DNA of 64,000 nt, taken from assembly GCA_051362555.1 (NCBI GenBank), contig CM120642.1, forward strand, positions 2,604,001 through 2,668,000, in the 5' to 3' direction. The stretch is from Lingula anatina. Taxonomy: Eukaryota > Animalia > Brachiopoda. The translations under genes and the position numbers were made by a program. Below the pieces are notes generated by a model, which saw only the letters and a list, made by a program, of their open reading frames with translations, was not told where the DNA came from and searched no databases. The stretch's first letter is position 1; every line of letters begins with the position of its first letter. Below are positions 61,266 to 64,000 of the stretch, in pieces.

Positions 61266-62846
61266 GCCTTCCCAACTACCAGACTCGGCACCTACGGGTC
61301 CAGTATAAACCGGTTTATCAGACCACACTACCCGTTTTCAAGGTGTGTGTCAGATTGCATTACAGAGTATCAGCCACCACACCGATTTTGCCTGGTGCGC
61401 GATGTGATAGCAATGATCCTTAGCGGGGTTGGAAAGTAGTGCATCTCATCTAGATTCATGCGCTGCTGCAATTTTCTCTGTTTTTGCTAAAATCCACCCT
61501 GAGCTTCAGAGCTAACTTGACACTAACCTTTTCACTGTAGCCTATCTCCATCGTGTCAAGTAACCTCTGACGAAAATAGTTTGACCTATTTTATATAAGC
61601 CAATCGAATCCATGTTTCAAAATTTTTCACCAAAGTTTGGTGAAAACGCTGATTGGTTGATCGTCAATCGGCAATCCTCGGCTGATTCCGCAAGCTCCAT
61701 ACTAACAACATAGTTATTGTCGAGTGCGGAGACATCCGAGTAGTTCCGAGTGGTTCCGAGTGCATAACCGTACACAAAGAAAGCATGGAGTATATCGGAA
61801 TTGAAACCAGAGCAGTATGATGCCCTGCATCATTATCTACTGAGAGACGATGTTATTTGCGTGCTGCCCACAGGTTACGGCAAGACCCTGATATTCAGCC
61901 TTATCTTTGATTGGTCCGGATTTGAACAAAGCGCGCTTTGACTCGTTCGCGTTCATTGGCTAGATCGTTTAATGAGTCATTGAGTGCGGGCTTTTAAATT
62001 TGATTGGCGGGCGGCGGAGGCAATCGAATCTGGTCAGAGGTTACTTGACACGATGGAGATAGGCTACAGTGAAAAGGTTAGTGTCAAGTTAGCTCTGAAG
62101 CTCAGGGTGCTAAAATCTGACAGTACCGCAATTTTTAACATAAAATTTAGGTTCGGACATAGCCATTGATGTTTTGTAAATAAGAACTTGCAAACTTATA
62201 TATTAATTTAGAAAAGTAGACCTAATTTTGATAGCAGAAGCATATTCTGTCGGGGGTTAAATATTTTCGTGACTACCGGGATGGACGAGATTGAGGGCAG
62301 GGGTAATCCTAGAGAGGGGTGAGAAACGTCCATTGTTCTCGTCAGCGAGGCTGTCCTTTTTCAGGGTTTGTACGCACGGACAGAAAACTTAAGTATTGTG
62401 GGAACGTTACTAATGAAGCCACTGGTAGTACTAGTAGATATCAGCCTGTAGTCTTGAACAAGCGCCTCGATGACGAGTGAACAGTTGTCAAAAACAAAAG
62501 ACCCAGGTGTGGTTGTTCAACTACTGTTGATGCGTGCCGCAACGACCAAACCTAATTGCTCCTCAAGGTCACAAAACAATAACCGGTACTGACGGCTAGG
62601 CTCGTCTTAATCATATAAGTAGCGCGTTTCCACCCCCTGATTGAGGGAGTCGTCTGTTGTATTCATGCGACTCCTACTTGACGAAAACGAGGCGCGATAC
62701 CCGGATGACAGGTAGGCTTACAGAATTTGTGATAGGGTATGATACACTTTTATGCGATCTGACACACACCTTGAAAACGGGTAGTGTGGTCAGATATACC
62801 GGTTTATTCTGGACCCGTAGGTGCCGAGTCTGGTAGTTGGGAAGGC
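61266..62846. mobile_element. Non-autonomous DNA transposon with ~90-100 bp TIRs (GCCTTCCCAACTACCAGACTC...)
   Basis: 61266-~61355 is reverse-complement to ~62757-62846 with few mismatches; TSD ambiguous (TGAATAAC / TGAATAAT). Confidence 0.8.
61495..62109. mobile_element. Nested TIR element with perfect 77-bp TIRs, 8-bp TSD and a RecQ-like helicase fragment
   Basis: TIRs 61495-61571 and 62033-62109; CTAAAATC at 61487-61494 and 62110-62117; 61801-61896 translates LKPEQYDALHHYLLRDDVICVLPTGYGKTLIF. Confidence 0.82.
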
Positions 62847-64000
62847 TTGAATAATAATTTTAAAAAATCATCTTCTATCCCAAAAAAGGAACATACATTG
62901 TCACAAATGCAAAACGTTCAACTATGAAACGTTTTACTCACTTTGAACATTCAATCATCACTGGATTCGTTCTTTGATTTATTTCCTACAAGTATATCGT
63001 TGTAAAAAATATAATAATCTTCTGTATAGAGCAATTAATTGTCTTTGAGCAAATTTAGTTTGCTTGGCGCTGAATATTAAAACAAACGGGGAAGTACGCC
63101 CTACCGACAGTAAAATAGGCATCAAATAAATTATTATTCCCCTTGTGTTCCAAATATTATCAGAAATGTCAAATTATCGTGGAATCACAATATATTTTTC
63201 GGTCAGCAAACGAAAACATTGTTTTCTCTTGCACCAAGAACTTGAACAAAAAGAAATTTTGACAATTTTTCTAGGGAACATACGTTACCTAGTATATTCC
63301 ATGATGCAAAGCCCCTTCAGTTACAGTCTGAATAGTTATAAAAACATCCTTACGTCATGTCTAATTTACCATGACTTAACCACTACAATATATAACGGAA
63401 CGCGGTATGAAAATTTAAATTAAATGACCCGGAACATGCGTTATCGTACGTTTTTAGAATATACTAGTACGTTACCATTTAGGTCTCTTTGCGTAATGTA
63501 AAAAATATGGTAAATATTAAACTTTGAATTTAAATTGAGACAGTCGTGGATTTTTGTTCTATAAACATATATGTTTTAAAAATTTGGATACAACTTTAAA
63601 TTCCTTCAATTTTATTTTTTTTGACACTCTAACATGTGAAATGCACGTCTATATTGGGTTTGGGTGCATTCGCGCACAGTACGTGTGATCACCGTATTTA
63701 TACAAACTGTGACGTATCACTGGCTGCTAAATTGCGGAACACCGTTAACTATACTGACAAGTGTTACCACTCTCTCTCCTAACACAATTTGATGGTAAGA
63801 ACACAGGTTTAAATTATCATATAAGCAATGCATTTGCCCTTGTGCCGACAACAGTTATTCTCGTTTTATGATAACAGTTAATTAACCTATACAGTTTGAA
63901 AGAAAAATAACCATGTTGAGGTAAATGTCTGGGCTATCTTGATATTAAAGGCATGCAACGATTATATATCCTTGTTTATCGTGAAAATAATCCCAAATGA

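Overview
AT-rich eukaryotic (invertebrate, probably lophotrochozoan) DNA forming an innate-immune locus. On the + strand are two tandem, intron-rich thioester-containing protein (TEP/CD109/A2M superfamily) genes: TEP-1 (5' end outside the window, stop 12826) and a complete TEP-2 (ATG 17850, stop 44262). The main finding is in TEP-2. Its bait/variable region is encoded by five tandem, same-phase, 3n+1-length exons (27490-29106), of which exactly one must be included to keep frame. Their variable parts resemble different protease substrates: poly-Gly, Thr-rich mucin-like, two collagen-like Gly-X-Y, and acidic. TEP-1 has only one such exon. A young, intact Ty3/Gypsy LTR retrotransposon sits antisense in a late TEP-2 intron (34932-42517). 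Downstream on the - strand are two paralogous secreted EGF-repeat/C-type-lectin genes (16 versus 3 near-identical cbEGF repeats), and on the + strand a dead first exon of a third copy. The window also holds a Harbinger relic with a tandemly amplified end, nested TIR elements carrying a RecQ-like helicase fragment, and several MITEs. All exon models were read by eye from splice sites, phases and paralog comparison and have no transcript support.
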